Positions 1 to 12,269 of a stretch of 64,000 bases of DNA are shown here, piece by piece (position 1 is the stretch's first letter; each line of letters opens with the position of its first letter). The notes below the pieces were generated by a model. That model was given only the letters and a program-made list of their open reading frames with translations, had not been told where the DNA came from and searched no databases. Source of the stretch: Klebsormidium nitens. Lineage: Eukaryota > Plantae > Klebsormidiophyceae. The position numbers and the translations under genes were made by a program. Location of the stretch: NCBI GenBank assembly GCA_000708835.1, contig DF237406.1, positions 12,000-75,999 of the forward strand. Direction: 5' to 3'.

Positions 1-72
1 AGTGCTCAAGAGAGCGGTTTTGTACAAATATAAAATTCATGTAACAAGTGAGACAAACGGTCAAACCCTTAC

Positions 73-3000
73 CTTCGACCCAAAGTTGCGTGTCCCGTTC
101 GAAACGCGGCGCTCGGCAGACTTACGACAACCGGAGGAGCCGGCGGTTGTGCTTCCGCCGGCTCCCCTTTCCGCTTCCGTTTCTTGGCCCCTCCGGCGGC
201 TTCGGCCGGAACACTCGAGCCGGTCGGTCGGGGCACGGAGGCAGGAGTGGGCACAGTCCATCTGAATGAACGGCGACGTTGAAGTCTTATTCATGTCGAA
301 AGTGTGAGAGCTCTCTTGCAGTCTCTTAAAACGGACAGAAACGTCATCAACGGACAAAAAGTTGAGTAGTCGGAGTTGATCATTTGAGAAGTAAAGAAGT
401 TGTACGCACTTCAGTTGAACCGGAGGATGTACCTGCGTTTTCTGGGAACGGTGAATACGAGGCTGGCCACCCGAGCAGTTCACGGTTGATGCAAGCACTG
501 AGAGAGCATATTGACGTCACAGCTTAGAAACGGGGATCTCTATTTGCTTGTTCAGGCATTTCAGAACCAGCCTTTGAAACACAAAGACTTGTAGTACACC
601 TTCGCGGGACACGGCCTCAGCTTCGAAAAGAAGGCTTCCTTTGACTTTAGGGGACTGCCTCGGGTTTCCCGCTCATGACCTTTGATCAGAAAAACGTACC
701 ACCCTAGACTCTGCTTGCTTCGACAACTCGGAGGTTCCGCGCTCCTTAGTAACGCTCTAGAGCTTCTTGAACGTGGCTCCTTGCAATGACAAGCAGTGCC
801 AGACGCGTCAAAGAAACCACTCACACGTGCACGGAACCGTTTCCCAATGCCGCTGCAAGTTGCCCTAGATGTGGCGCCGTTTCCTCTGAGCTCTGCGTGA
901 ACGCCGACGGTCGTGCGGGCCGCCACTTGAGGTCCCAGACCAAAGAGCCCTCGTGTGCGATGCCGAAGGAGAGGGAAGCGCCGGTGGGAAGAACCGCCTC
1001 CATAGCGAGGTCCTCGGGACTCTGCGGAGAGGGCAGATAATCATCGGCACGATGCAAGAGCAGGAGCGGAAAGTCGCTGGTTACTACCAAAGTACGAAGT
1101 ATAGGAACTGTGAACAAGCACAAAGCGCAGAGAGGTAACTGGGAGCGGCAAACTACTGCTGTTTGCGTCAAACTTGGCACCGGAGTTCGGATCGAAACGT
1201 GCAATCCTCAATTTTCAGTGGCGATGTCGGTTCTCGATGTTCCCAAAGAGACCCCCCCGGAAGGACAGGGCTTGTCGACTCTGGTCGCTCAATACCAGGA
1301 ACTTCGATCGGTCAGATTACAAAGTAACATTTAGGGGGTCATGTCTGTCAACGATCGGAAACCGCCGACGCGAACCAAGAGCACAAGGACCGCGCACATC
1401 GATCCGAGTTCGGGTGCCAAGTCTGACGCAAACAGCAATCAAAGGATACCAGAGGCAATGTCAAAGCCTGGGTTGTATGGTCGAAGTTGAACTTGTTAGT
1501 GAAGACGCAAGAGCAAAAAGGCAAGATGCCGCGAAAGCTCTGAGCAAGCAGGACGCGTAAAGAAGGGCAAGACGGGGAGCAGAATTGGTAGTAGTCTTCA
1601 AAGCCTGATTTGTACGTAGGCGTCGCAGATATGTTGGCTAACAAGGACACATGAACTAAGAAGCGGAGAGGGAATATAGGCCTTGCCGCTGATTGAGGGC
1701 CTAACCACAGTTGAAAGACAGAGAACCACTGACGGACTACCACGTCCAGTGACCGTGCGACCTAGTCACTCTCGAAAGAACATGTCGCCTGAATTTCAAC
1801 CCAGACCGTGGAGTTCCGATACAACGAAGCCTTAAGCCTCACAAATATTCTCTGAAAACAGCACGAAGCGTAGGAAATATTCGAAATGAGAAGGACTTTC
1901 CCGTTTACGTCGTCGACAACCAACTTCTGTCCACAAAATTCATGCAAAAGGTCGACACTAGCAGTCAAGGGAGCGCAACTTCACCTTTCCGGGCACCCTG
2001 TGTTTGGGACTGGCTCCCTCCTGAATCTTCTGCTTTCCCTTCCGGCTGGCGGCTGCTTTTGCCGCTGGCGGCGCCTCCTCGATCTGCCAGATCTGAACGG
2101 TACCTTTGCCGTGAAAAGCCTTTCCGCTGGGAATGTTGGAGACATTGGGGGGGTGAACGCCCACCGCAAGAAACTGCAGAGAAAAGGGATTCGGTTTGTT
2201 AGAGATCTTGGTTTGGATGTGGGGGTCTTTAGAGCCCATTTTCCGCGATCCGATATTGCGTAGCCTTCCCAACATTGGCAAATCTGGACGGTACCTTTGC
2301 CATGAGCCTTTCCGCTTAATTTGTGGAAGATGTTTTGGGGGTGAACACCAGCCGCAAGGAACGGCAGAGAAGGAGGGAGAGTTGCTTGTAAGGAGGAGGA
2401 GATGACGGTCTTCCAAAAGTACCTCCATTTTTGGGGCAGATCAGAAGATGTGCGTAAGTTTCGGGATCGTCTTTCTTAGTTTCGACACCGCTTTGATTCA
2501 TTAGCAAGCTCACTGGGTTGATAGGGCTTATCAAATGAAAAGGCTACAAAAGGATGGAACCTTGGGCCGTTTTTTCTTCCTTCTCAACTGATGTCTGATC
2601 CCGTTCATAGATCAAGGCCTGCTTTGTAAGAAACTCTTCCTGTCTCTCAACTAGGTGAGAGTACTCTGCGACATTGTCAAAGACTGGAGGCTTCTCCAGG
2701 ATCTGCGACATGTTGGCCCCTGAGCGTTCTCTGAATAAATCCTCCTACATGACTTGTTGGCCACTGCCTGCAACGGCTTCAAAGCCTGGATTTCCGACAG
2801 ACTTCAATTCCTAAAGCCTGCACAGAGGCATCTCGTCAGCAGCTTGCCTTGACGATCTTTCGCTTTGTGTAAATGAGAAGAGAACTCTACTGTCAACAGA
2901 TACAAAGCCCCTAGTATTAAAACGTCTCCACTTCTCACCTGAGGCCTTGCTTCGTCGCTCGTCGCAATTTCCTCCTGCTCAGGGCACCAGTCCAGGGCCC

Positions 3001-3695
3001 AAACAGGGCCTCCAGCATGCACTCCCACGCCGCTGCAGACATGCAACAAAAGCTAATGTGCCAAACAATGGACCTGGCTTTTACAGCAATAGACGGGGCA
3101 AACTCAGATTGCGTTCTTTTGGCACAATTCGTCGATCCTTACGTTGTTGAGGCAGAGCAAAGAGAAAGTCATTCCTGAATGGTACAACAGGAAGGGCAAC
3201 AGAAGAAGAATTTCCGACATTAAAGTCTATCACGATTCTAAATAACCCATGTATGCTGACTGTTAGAGCGAAAGACTGACCTTTGTAAACAGCCCTATAT
3301 TCAAAGTACGTCCTGTCCTCTAACTCTCATAGCAGTAGACTGCCTTTGCTATTTCACAATCGTAAGTAAGTCATGGCCTCTGACTTTGAAAGCGACCCGC
3401 TGATCTTTGTAAGGAGAAGCCCTTGGTTAGGTGTTGGTTATGTCCCTGGATTTCAAAGAACTAGCCTAATTTTTGCATTTCATGGTCACCACGATCATAA
3501 GTCAATCCTGTCCTCTGACTTTCGCAGGAATAGACTGACCTTTGGAAAGAGAAGTCCTCCTCAAAAAGCCTCAAGGTCCCAAACAGCGGAAGGTGCAGAG
3601 AGCGCTGGCTAGTGTCAGCTTTTTGCTGGCCAGGTTCATTTATGCTCAGTAGAGGAGACTGCTGCGCAAGCGCACTGTGATAAGATGCAGGGTCA
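73..3695 (-). CDS. GTF3C2: TFIIIC WD40 subunit (GTF3C2/Tfc6-like), partial: 5' exon(s) unresolved, 3' end runs off the window start
   Basis: Phase-consistent GT-AG exons 3695-3540, 3032-2939, 2173-1985, 1021-825, 261-73. They give LHLPLFGT...GVHAGGPVWALDWCP...FLAVGVHPP...GKGTVQIW...GIAHEGSLVWDLKWRP...LGQLAAALGNGSVHVWTVP, matching my recollection of the plant/animal TFIIIC WD40 subunit motifs. Confidence 0.8.
1157..1437. mobile_element. MITE-like imperfect inverted repeat in a GTF3C2 intron
   Basis: Arm 1157-1202 (tgctgtttgcgtcaaacttggcaccggagttcggatcga) is an imperfect reverse complement of arm 1394-1437 (tcgatccgagttcgggtgccaagtctgacgcaaacagca). Spacer ~190 bp. No clear TSD. Confidence 0.45.
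2283..2378 (-). repeat. Degenerate intronic copy of the GTF3C2 acceptor plus exon start (original ~2092-2189)
   Basis: tctggacggtacctttgccatgagcctttccgct...ggggtgaacaccagccgcaaggaacggcagagaa versus tctgaacggtacctttgccgtgaaaagcctttccgct...ggggtgaacgcccaccgcaagaaactgcagagaa. The acceptor AG is changed to CG in the copy. Confidence 0.8.
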
Positions 3696-3949
3696 CTGCA
3701 AGCCAAGCATTAACAAAAGAGGTCAGGCTTTTGAGGAATCATGCAAGTTAATGCTTTTATAATATTCTCAAAACCTCTTGTGACTCCAGGTTAGCACTTC
3801 TCAAGCCCCCAACTTCGCTTTCTGGCTTTGTATAATCATTTGATGCTTTTGACAATTCTGTTTTCCTTCTGAAGTCCAAGTTAGCGCTTTAAAAGCCTGC
3901 AAATCTTCCTTTCCTCGTTTAATGTAAACATCTGTAAGCATCGTAAAAG

Positions 3950-4720
3950 ATGCTGATGGCACACTCTTAGCTGTGTACACCGCTATCGTCACAATTCCTG
4001 ATGCATGCTACAGCTTATGCTGTCCGCGCACCTAAGATCAAACTCACAGTCACAAATTCACCCCCCCAAGAGAATGACGCCTAGAAGGTGCCAAAATGGC
4101 TTGCACGAGATAGGCGTCAATGATTTTATCTGTTTGACACCTTTAAGGCACCAACTGTGCCTTGATAACTGAAGGACACACACTTGGTACGTTCAATTTG
4201 GTGAAAGATTATTTCGGCGTTGTGTGCTGATATGATCATTGCAGGAAGCATAACGCAACAAAACTCTGGCACGAGCATGGGTAGTACCTCCAGGGGGGCG
4301 ACTCTGTGTTTCAATGTGATGTCCATCTTTTGGTTCGGTTATAGAATTCAAGCCCCAGCTAAGTTCAGATGTTCTGTATTGCAAGTGGAACCTTATTCAA
4401 GAGCTGATTCATTGAACATAGCCAAAACAATTCTTACGTTTGTCTATGCAACAACAGCTTGCGAACAACCACAGCTTGCACATTTGTCAAGGTAGTCAAC
4501 TCACTTCACAATGATACTTCTCTCCCTTGCTTCCATTGTGGAGCTCAATTTCTGGGGTGGTGCAACGCTGGCCTCACTTCCTACACGTCGTGACCTGTTC
4601 TTCGGCTCTTTGATCCTCTCTTTTAGCAAGACGCCCAAAGCTCTATGACAGTACATAGAATGACTTCGGAGCCAGTGTTACAAAAACTCCCATCACCAGA
4701 GAGTGCTGCAGCACCATCGC
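3950..4720. repeat. Decayed dispersed repeat, copy 1 (probably TE-derived)
   Basis: Collinear similarity to ~12270-12910. Example: 4557 gtggtgcaacgctggcctcacttcc...tgacctgttct..gctctttgatc versus 12752 gtggtgcaatgctggctcacttct...tgacctgttct..gctctttgatc. No intact ORF; boundaries approximate. Confidence 0.6.
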
Positions 4721-7555
4721 CAAGGGAACCAGTCATTCGTCCTTTTGACCAGCTGATCCTGGCCAAATTGACAAATTGCAGCTACTAAGCTGCGCCGCTA
4801 GCCTGGATTTGCCCAAGGAACAAGGGACCACCATTGAACTTGAAGTCTGAAGATGCAACTGGATTTTTTTTGTGATATAACCATCTGGTCACAAGCATCT
4901 CATCAAAGAGGAGGTAGCTGAATGGCATAAAGATGCAACTGGATGCAACTTCAAAGTTCAATTCAAGTTCATGCAAGTTCTGAATCTTTGTCAAGGGACC
5001 ACCTCAAGATGTTCAACAATGGGGTTTGAAATGGGGTTTCCAACTCAAACCCCTGTTTATCCAGTCCCTTGTAAAGGATGCATAGTCAGAAGCGACTTAG
5101 CAAGCAGAGCAAAGGCTATACAGTCGCCAAAAGATGACATCACCGGATATCCACGTGGTTTTGTCTTGGCGACCATGCACCGCTTTTCGCTAATCTCTCA
5201 GTCGCTGTATGCGCATGCATCCGCTAACGCCTTCTTTAACCCAGACTTTAGGAGTCAGCAGGCTCACTGACAGCTTTGCACTTGAGAGTGAGTTCGGGAA
5301 CTTTTGCCAGGCTTGGCAAGTCCATTCTGCACATTGCGCTCCTGCAACGTTCCATCTGGTTCTCAGCTTCTTTCAAAGACTCCCACCAATCCTGGTGAGT
5401 TCGTTCTCTTGCGCCTCAATCGTCTTTGTTTCCTGCATTTGTGCGTAACGGACTCCCGCGCTTTTGTGACTCGATTCTGATTTGCAAGCTTCAAGATTGA
5501 TTTATCTTCTGCTTGATATGGGCAAGAGCCACACACGCACATTCACAAAGAGGCGTTTGAACAACAGGGTGTGTCTGAGAGGCTGGTTTGGGATTGACAA
5601 TTGTTTGGAAGATTGGAGTAGCTTCATTCAAGCCAGATTAACAGATTGTGTTGCCATGCTGACGGTGCTCGCACTCTGATTCAGACCTTAGCAGGATAAG
5701 AGCATCAGACGTCATCTTTTGTACATTAGGGACATGAGGGAATTCTCAAATTTCCTTCAAATAGGCTTCTTAAGCGTTTGCAGCATCTTCTGGGCAGATC
5801 ATGTCCACAAAGTGCACGGAATATTGCTTAGCCGTGCCTGTCCGGAGGGTGTCAGTCCCATCTTCTCTTTTCTGTGCATTGGTTTCTGTCTTCTAATTTT
5901 GCATACGTTCTCTTCTTGCACAACTCCTAGTATCATTGATGTCAATTGTCGAATGTTGTTCATTGTGCAGACAAGCTCCCTTTTGGAAAGCGCGCTCATC
6001 ACTTCGGACACGTTCGTTGAGGATCATAAGCCGGCAGGTCTGTCGCCCGTCCTTTTCCAACTTTTGACTACCTATCAACATTCCTCTTCTTTGGGAGTAC
6101 CTCTCTGTTCTGGACTTCCAAGATCAACTGCTCTGTCCATGCACTTCCTCATCTGGCAGCTGTGGCCAAATTCTTGCAGACGGCATTCCTTGACTACCAA
6201 TAGAGATCTGTCACAGGGACAAAGATTGTGCTGATTACTGTGATTTTTGCCCACCCCTGCTATGACAAGTGAGCATGTAACCACCGTGGAGAGAATTGTA
6301 TTAGGGAGCTACTGCTGTTCAGTCCAATAGCCTCCACTCTTCTCAAAAGCAGGCAGCGCCAACCTTTGATTGAGAGCGCTCTCTTTCCTTCCCTTTTCCC
6401 CTCTGGCTGTGGCTCTGTTGCCTCTGAAAAAGGTGGTCGACTAGAAAGCGACTTGTACATGTGCAGGAAGGTCGTGCTTTCCGCCCTCACTCTGTTCTCT
6501 CCTGCTTGTGTACCAAGCTTCCGAAGCAAATTTTCTTATCATAAGCGGAGGCAGGCAAAAGGCGCTCCAAGCATCTTGCAGCAGCCTTGAATCTCCAGAT
6601 CTCCAGATTGAGTTTCTTCTACGTGATTGACAGGTTGTCCCACAGTCTGAGGTAGCCATCGTGTCGTGGTGCCGACTCAAGCCAGTGGAGGATGGCATCA
6701 TGCCTGGCAGCCTCGTCCGCTCGCAGTGCGCTCCTCGTGGGGCAATCTAGCAGGGCACCGAGCACTGAGAATGTCGAGCGCGGTAAGTATTTTCCTGCAC
6801 ATTCGCAGTGGCCCCATGAATGCCACCAAGAAAGGCAAGAATATTTTGACACCAGTGAAGATTGCAGGCGTCATGATTGCATAATGAAGGAAGAGGTTAT
6901 GAGTTGAGGCAAACATGTGACTGCCGGCTGCTTTAGGGACGTCCTCCAATGAGCAGAATTCACACCTGGATGATGGGGTGGTTCCCTTTAGACTTATTGT
7001 TGGGTTTTGATTCAAGCACCTGTTAATGCATCATCAAAAGTGCGCCAATGTGTGTGTGTATCGCTGCAAGCCCAGTAGAAGCCCCTCCTCTAACTGGAAC
7101 GGAAGCCTAAGCGTCTGCTTGATTGCTGACGCACTCGCTTACGGCTGCTCTTGTTGAAGAAATGCTGCAAGGCATGCTTGAGCAAACTAGCGGCATGACA
7201 TGCCTATTCGTGCAGTGCCGTGTTGTCTGATCTGCTCCAGCCTGCTGCGCGTGTGCCGGGGTGGATCTCAACTCCAGCATATTGACCAACTTTGATCCCA
7301 TCAATGAGCCCGATGTATCCTGCCTCTTTTGGGGGGCATTTCTTTTTCAAAAGACCACTGAATCTATATCCAACGACTTACGTAGCTTCTCTTGTAATAA
7401 TCATTCGTTCCAAGTCCCAATGTAGGTCACAAGAACTTTCTGATTGCATGGGGTGGCTCAACTTGAGACCTACTGTTGCCCCCCCGCTGCCCTTAGCGAG
7501 CGGCATTCTTATTACTTGCGGCGACTCATGCATTAAATCTCGCTCTTTGCTGCAG

Positions 7556-9572
7556 GTCTGCTGTTCTGCAATTGCCGGTCAGTTCTCGGGCCGGTCGGCT
7601 CCTCTGCCCCTGCTTCTTCCAGGCTCCAAATTGGCGGTCATCGTGTAGGCGGAGGACCGTTGTACCAAAATGCACAGAGGACGAGAAAGAGCATCGTACG
7701 AGCGGAAGCTGTGTAAGGCCGATCTTCTTTTGGTTTCCACTTCTTAGACTCCCTTCTGCCAGAATCGGGTTTTGACTTTCTTCACTGCGTACGTTGTTCG
7801 GCCAAGTCAAGATGCCTCACCGAATCTTAGCTTGCTGAAACCGTGCTGCACCGTTAGAGCGCATGTGAACTAGTATGCTGTTTTAGTAAAAGTTGCACAG
7901 AAAGCGGACGCTTTAGGATGTTCGAGCGAGAAATGAAGTGAGTTCCATAGATGGTGAAAGGCATGGTGTTCTCTGCTCTTTCATGCACGAGCGATTTCTG
8001 ATGTACATAACAATGTCCTGCTTCTGCGACACCTCGAACCATTGGTAATACCTCATACCCCCTGCCAGCTACCGCACCGTGGCTGTGCAAAGCGAACCCT
8101 TGATCTCATATTGTGTTGCGTGATGTGCAGAGACAAGCCCTCTGGTGGCAGCGGCAAGTTTCTGACCGGTTTCCTTATTGGGGGGGTTGTCCTGGGAGTG
8201 CTAGGCTTCTTCTTTGCCCCTCAGGTGAGCCTTGCATCCACCAAGCTCTTGTGGCTTCTGGCTGCTTAAAGCAGGCGTCGGTCCCAAGGTTCACTTGTGC
8301 ATCTGAACCGCCAGGGGAAAAGATCATCCAACGGCTCCGCTTCCTCTTTAAAATTGGCCTTCGGCGACCAAGCTAGCCCCAAGGGCCAATGTTTGGTTGG
8401 CCCGGGGGGCACCTATTTGGGTGATAGGTGCCAACGCCCTGTTTAAAATGGAGTGATCCGTACCTCGTTCCTCTTGATGCCGACGCTCTTGATTTTTGCA
8501 GTCGGTGTGAGCAGAGTTGGCGTGTAATGGTTGCATAATTTTTGGTAGCCCACCGAAGTTCTGTGATCATTGTACAGATTTCGAAGACGCTGCTGGGGGA
8601 GAATGAGGACGGCAGCCCTCGGCGGTTACCGCGCTGGTTGGACGAGGAGGATAGCCTCGAGGTAAGGAACTCATAATCCTTTCAAACGCTTACATTCAAA
8701 ATCAAGTCAAATTAAGGATGAACTTAACACAATCATCCATTCAATGGTACATTCATGATTTGCGTAAGTCAAAATAAGACCGAAGCTAACACCAAAATCC
8801 TAAACTTTCTAATGTTTACCTGCTCCCCACCTGTGCCCACCCTAAAGCCCCCACTAGCCCCACCCGTTCGAGGCACAATGTGTCATTGAAGCTTGAGCTT
8901 TTTGATATCAGTCTAGAGACCGGAGAGGAACACTTGCCAGTACTCGTGCAAAAAGGATTGCACGAATCACTAGGGACACAAACAGTGCGACTGCTCAATG
9001 CACCCTTGTAAAACATGTACGGGAAACTAGCAGGCGGAGCGCAAAAGTGTGCATTGGTCAGGATCGCAGCCCTACCGTCCTGTCGACCGTAAGGATTCCA
9101 CTCTGCAAGATTGAGCCAGGGGGTCGCGAAGTTCGGAGAGACCGCAGTTAACCGAGCACAAATGTGGGAGCGTTCATTTGTTGACTCGGAAAGCTTTTGA
9201 CGGCAGCGGTCTTAGTCTTGGACGTCCCCAGCTATTCTGTCTTTCTGCGGCCCGCCGGCCAGGACCACATAAGGGGGCAACCGCTGAGTGCACCCTTGTA
9301 ATGAGTGGGCGTGCTTTCGAGCCCCTGCCGCTCTAAGATGGTGGCAATTTGTACCCGTTTAGCCTAGACTTCGCAATGATCGTTACACCCTTTCCAAACT
9401 CGCTTTACAACGACATGACCAGATGGGCAGTCACGGATCCTCCCACAATGTGCAGGCCACACGCCGGAGCCTGAATGAGAAGATTGCCCAACTGAACGCC
9501 GCGATCGACGATGTCTCTGCTCAGCTTCGGGCGGACGAAACAGCTGACGAAGAATTGGAGACGAGCCTTTAA
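7556..9572 (+). CDS. Plastid inner-envelope YtxH-like protein (At1g42960-like); first coding exon not located
   Basis: Exons 7556-7712, 8131-8224, 8578-8661, 9456-9572, all phases consistent. Transit-peptide-like ...RTRKSIVRAEA, then GKFLTGFLIGGVVLGVLGFFFAPQISK...LPRWLDEEDSLEATRRSLNEKIAQLNAAIDDVSAQLR. Confidence 0.8.
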
Positions 9573-10423
9573 GATGCCCGGTGAATGGTCCACCATGCAA
9601 TCATTCACATTGCAAGGTGAAGGTCCGTTTGTTCCCATGTGACTGGTCCTCCTTTGCATAGCCGCGTAGGGAGCTTGGAGACATGTACCGGACGAAGAAC
9701 CTTGAGATCCTGCTTCGCTCGTCTGGTAGGACACGGCAGTAGAAAAAGTTTCTAGTATCCGACTTGAACGCTTATAGGAGCAGTGGATTGTCCGCCTGGG
9801 TCATCTCGGCACCGTCCATGCAAATACTATACAAATGTGTAGAAGTGCGGCATGGTCACGATCACTCTTAAGTCACAACAACCGAACGGTGCATGCCATA
9901 AATTTTGATGGCAAGTAGTACTGAAACCGATCCTATTGATCTGGCAGCACCCATGATTGAAAGGAATGGGCGGCCACAGCCACGGTGTGTATATATGAGT
10001 CATGGGCCATTGTCGGACTCATGTTATCATGCTTCTTAGTTTCAGGATTGCTTTTTCATGATCGATACTAACATGACGGATGATGACTCGAATTGAATGA
10101 CTTAATTTGAACATAGCTTCGCATCATTGCCAGGTGCACGCTGTGTATGCCGCATGAAACGTATACAAAATCGATCGAATGGAGCGTGGACATCAATAAG
10201 TTCCACGCAACGCGCTTCCTAGCTAATTAACGCGATATTAAACTTCTAGAATTAGACGGGCTAGCTAAGCGAGTTCTAGTGACAGTAATGCAGTGACGTG
10301 CAATGACCTCAACTGCCCGGCGGCGAGCGCAACATGCTGGGCCCAGCCAACCAACATGCACCGTCTAGGTGACCGTACCAACGTATCTTCGCTAGATGCA
10401 ATGATGGTATACTGAGAGCTAAG

Positions 10424-11376
10424 TTATGTCCGTTTAGACGGCCTTGTCCCATCTTGAGTCGTGGTTCGTACCACTCAAACCGAACCCTGTGACGAGAGAC
10501 TCGGTGAGTTGTCCTAGCTCAAGTGAGCCAGGGTCAGTAACAACCCGTTCAGGCTTCTTGTTTGGATCCTGATTAGGTACCCGATGAACTGCTACTTGCT
10601 AAGATGGAAATGGCAATGCTTCGCTTTGTTAGCTCCCTTTCCCGTCGAGGTATTTCGGTCAGTAGCCCTACTGGCACCGACAAACTGAACAGGCTGCTTC
10701 TCAAGTGGCATCCGCCGGTTTTTTGTATCCCTCTATTTGAAAATTGATGATCGCGTGGCATGGGGCTAAAGTCCTCGGAACGATTCCGTATCCGGCTCGA
10801 ATACTGAATCTAATACGAATATTGCCACTTTCTTAGGAAGGGCCTTGTTCACTTTCTTTCTAGTGGCGAATGTGTCGTTTGCCGCGCTCAATGGCAGCCG
10901 CATGAGGCCTCTCATGCGGCTGCGGTCGTCCCCCGCTGCGAGCGCCGCGCAACACTATATGAGCTGAAGGTCACGGTTCGAACCGTGGCCTGTTGACCCC
11001 CAGCCACGTGTCAGCTGCAGAGAGGCACGTTACAGGGTTTGGCGGAAAGCAGAGAGTGTTGGTGGTCACTCTTGCATCTTTCAATGAGGGCGACCCCTGT
11101 TTTATAGCACGTCAACTTCGTACTCAGGCCGATTTGACAGCGGCGCTACTTGTCGCAGTGACTGCAAAGTAAAGTCTTAGTCATCAAGCAGAACACTTGA
11201 TGACTGTAACACCCGCAAGCAATTCAGGTCCTCGAGATGCATAAAAAGGTACTGAACGTACACGGCCCCGTTCAAAAACTTTTCCAAGGTCCTCAAGGTC
11301 ACGTCACAAGGATGCAACCAGGTCTTTTACAAGGACTCTCAAGTCTTCCCATACCTCAGCAATTTAGGGGGTTACA
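10424..11376. mobile_element. LTR-like/retroelement remnant, including a 172-bp TGTAAC...GTTACA unit (11205-11376)
   Basis: Termini tgtaacaccc (11205) and gggggttaca (11376) are 9/10 inverted, as in Ty3/Gypsy LTR ends. A TATAAAA lies on the minus strand near 11100-11106, with several perfect hairpins nearby. No TSD, PBS or pol motifs found; left boundary is a guess. Confidence 0.35.
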
Positions 11377-12269
11377 ATTATGCGGCAGTCTCAAATCTAA
11401 ATGACGAGATTTTGGAACCCTGATCGTTCTGCTGGCGGATAGGGACATCATATCTTAGAAAGGTTTGACAGACGACGCACAGATTAGCAAGTCGGCGGCC
11501 GGCTTGAAAGTGAATGGGGAATCAATCTGTCAACACTTGTGCTCCTTACAATGGGCAGGATGCCACTCGTGAAGAGTACAACCACCTCTTGTGACTTGCG
11601 TCCGACGAAATCAAAAGCAAGGAAGCAACTACTAGAATCGGAACACGTCGTTCACCTGTAGACAACCATCGCCCGCCCCCCTTGAGCGCTACGTCCCTCA
11701 GCTCTCAGATGTGAGCGGGCGTCAACCAGTTGCCGGTAATTGGCAGCTCGGCACCAGCACTTTAAGGCCATCCGTCAGTAAACTCGCTATCAGCCGTGTC
11801 TCGGAACAACGCCAAGCACCTACTTCGAATTTCGAGGGGTGTTGTAAACCTGCTCTTCGAGTTGATTTCGAAACACGAATCAAAAGCACCCCTGCCGAAG
11901 GTGAACCCGTCCAGTGTGAAGCCTTGGTACCAGCTGGAGAAAGCTGAAGGGCAAACCATGCTGTTCTAGTGTATGACACATGATAACAAAATCAATGAAG
12001 CCTTTTGATAAAGCCCCACAGTGCCGAACAGCAAAACAGCAAAATTTTGCAGGGACCGCTGGCTAGTACCGCTGGCCTGATCCGTCCACCATCAGCAGAG
12101 GCAACTGCTGGGTCACTGCAAGCATCAACGAGGGGGGTGGGGCTTCATACCAGACCAGTTTTTCACAAGGCAGATACCGTTCACTATTCTTCTCTGTTCT
12201 TGCCTCCGTCCCAGTCCTACTTCTGGGTTTATGTTGTAGACATTAGCACCATCTCCAGAACTGCTTCTC

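Noticed and set aside
5719-6234. 171-aa plus-strand ORF
   Set aside because: Non-ATG start, no recognisable domain, and it lies in stop-riddled repeat-like DNA.
8998-9301. 13-bp direct repeat tgcacccttgtaa (~8999 and ~9288) in an intron
   Set aside because: Too short and isolated to define an element or TSD.
10972-10987. B-box GGTTCGAACC as a tRNA gene
   Set aside because: No cloverleaf or properly spaced A-box could be built; kept only as a hairpin observation.
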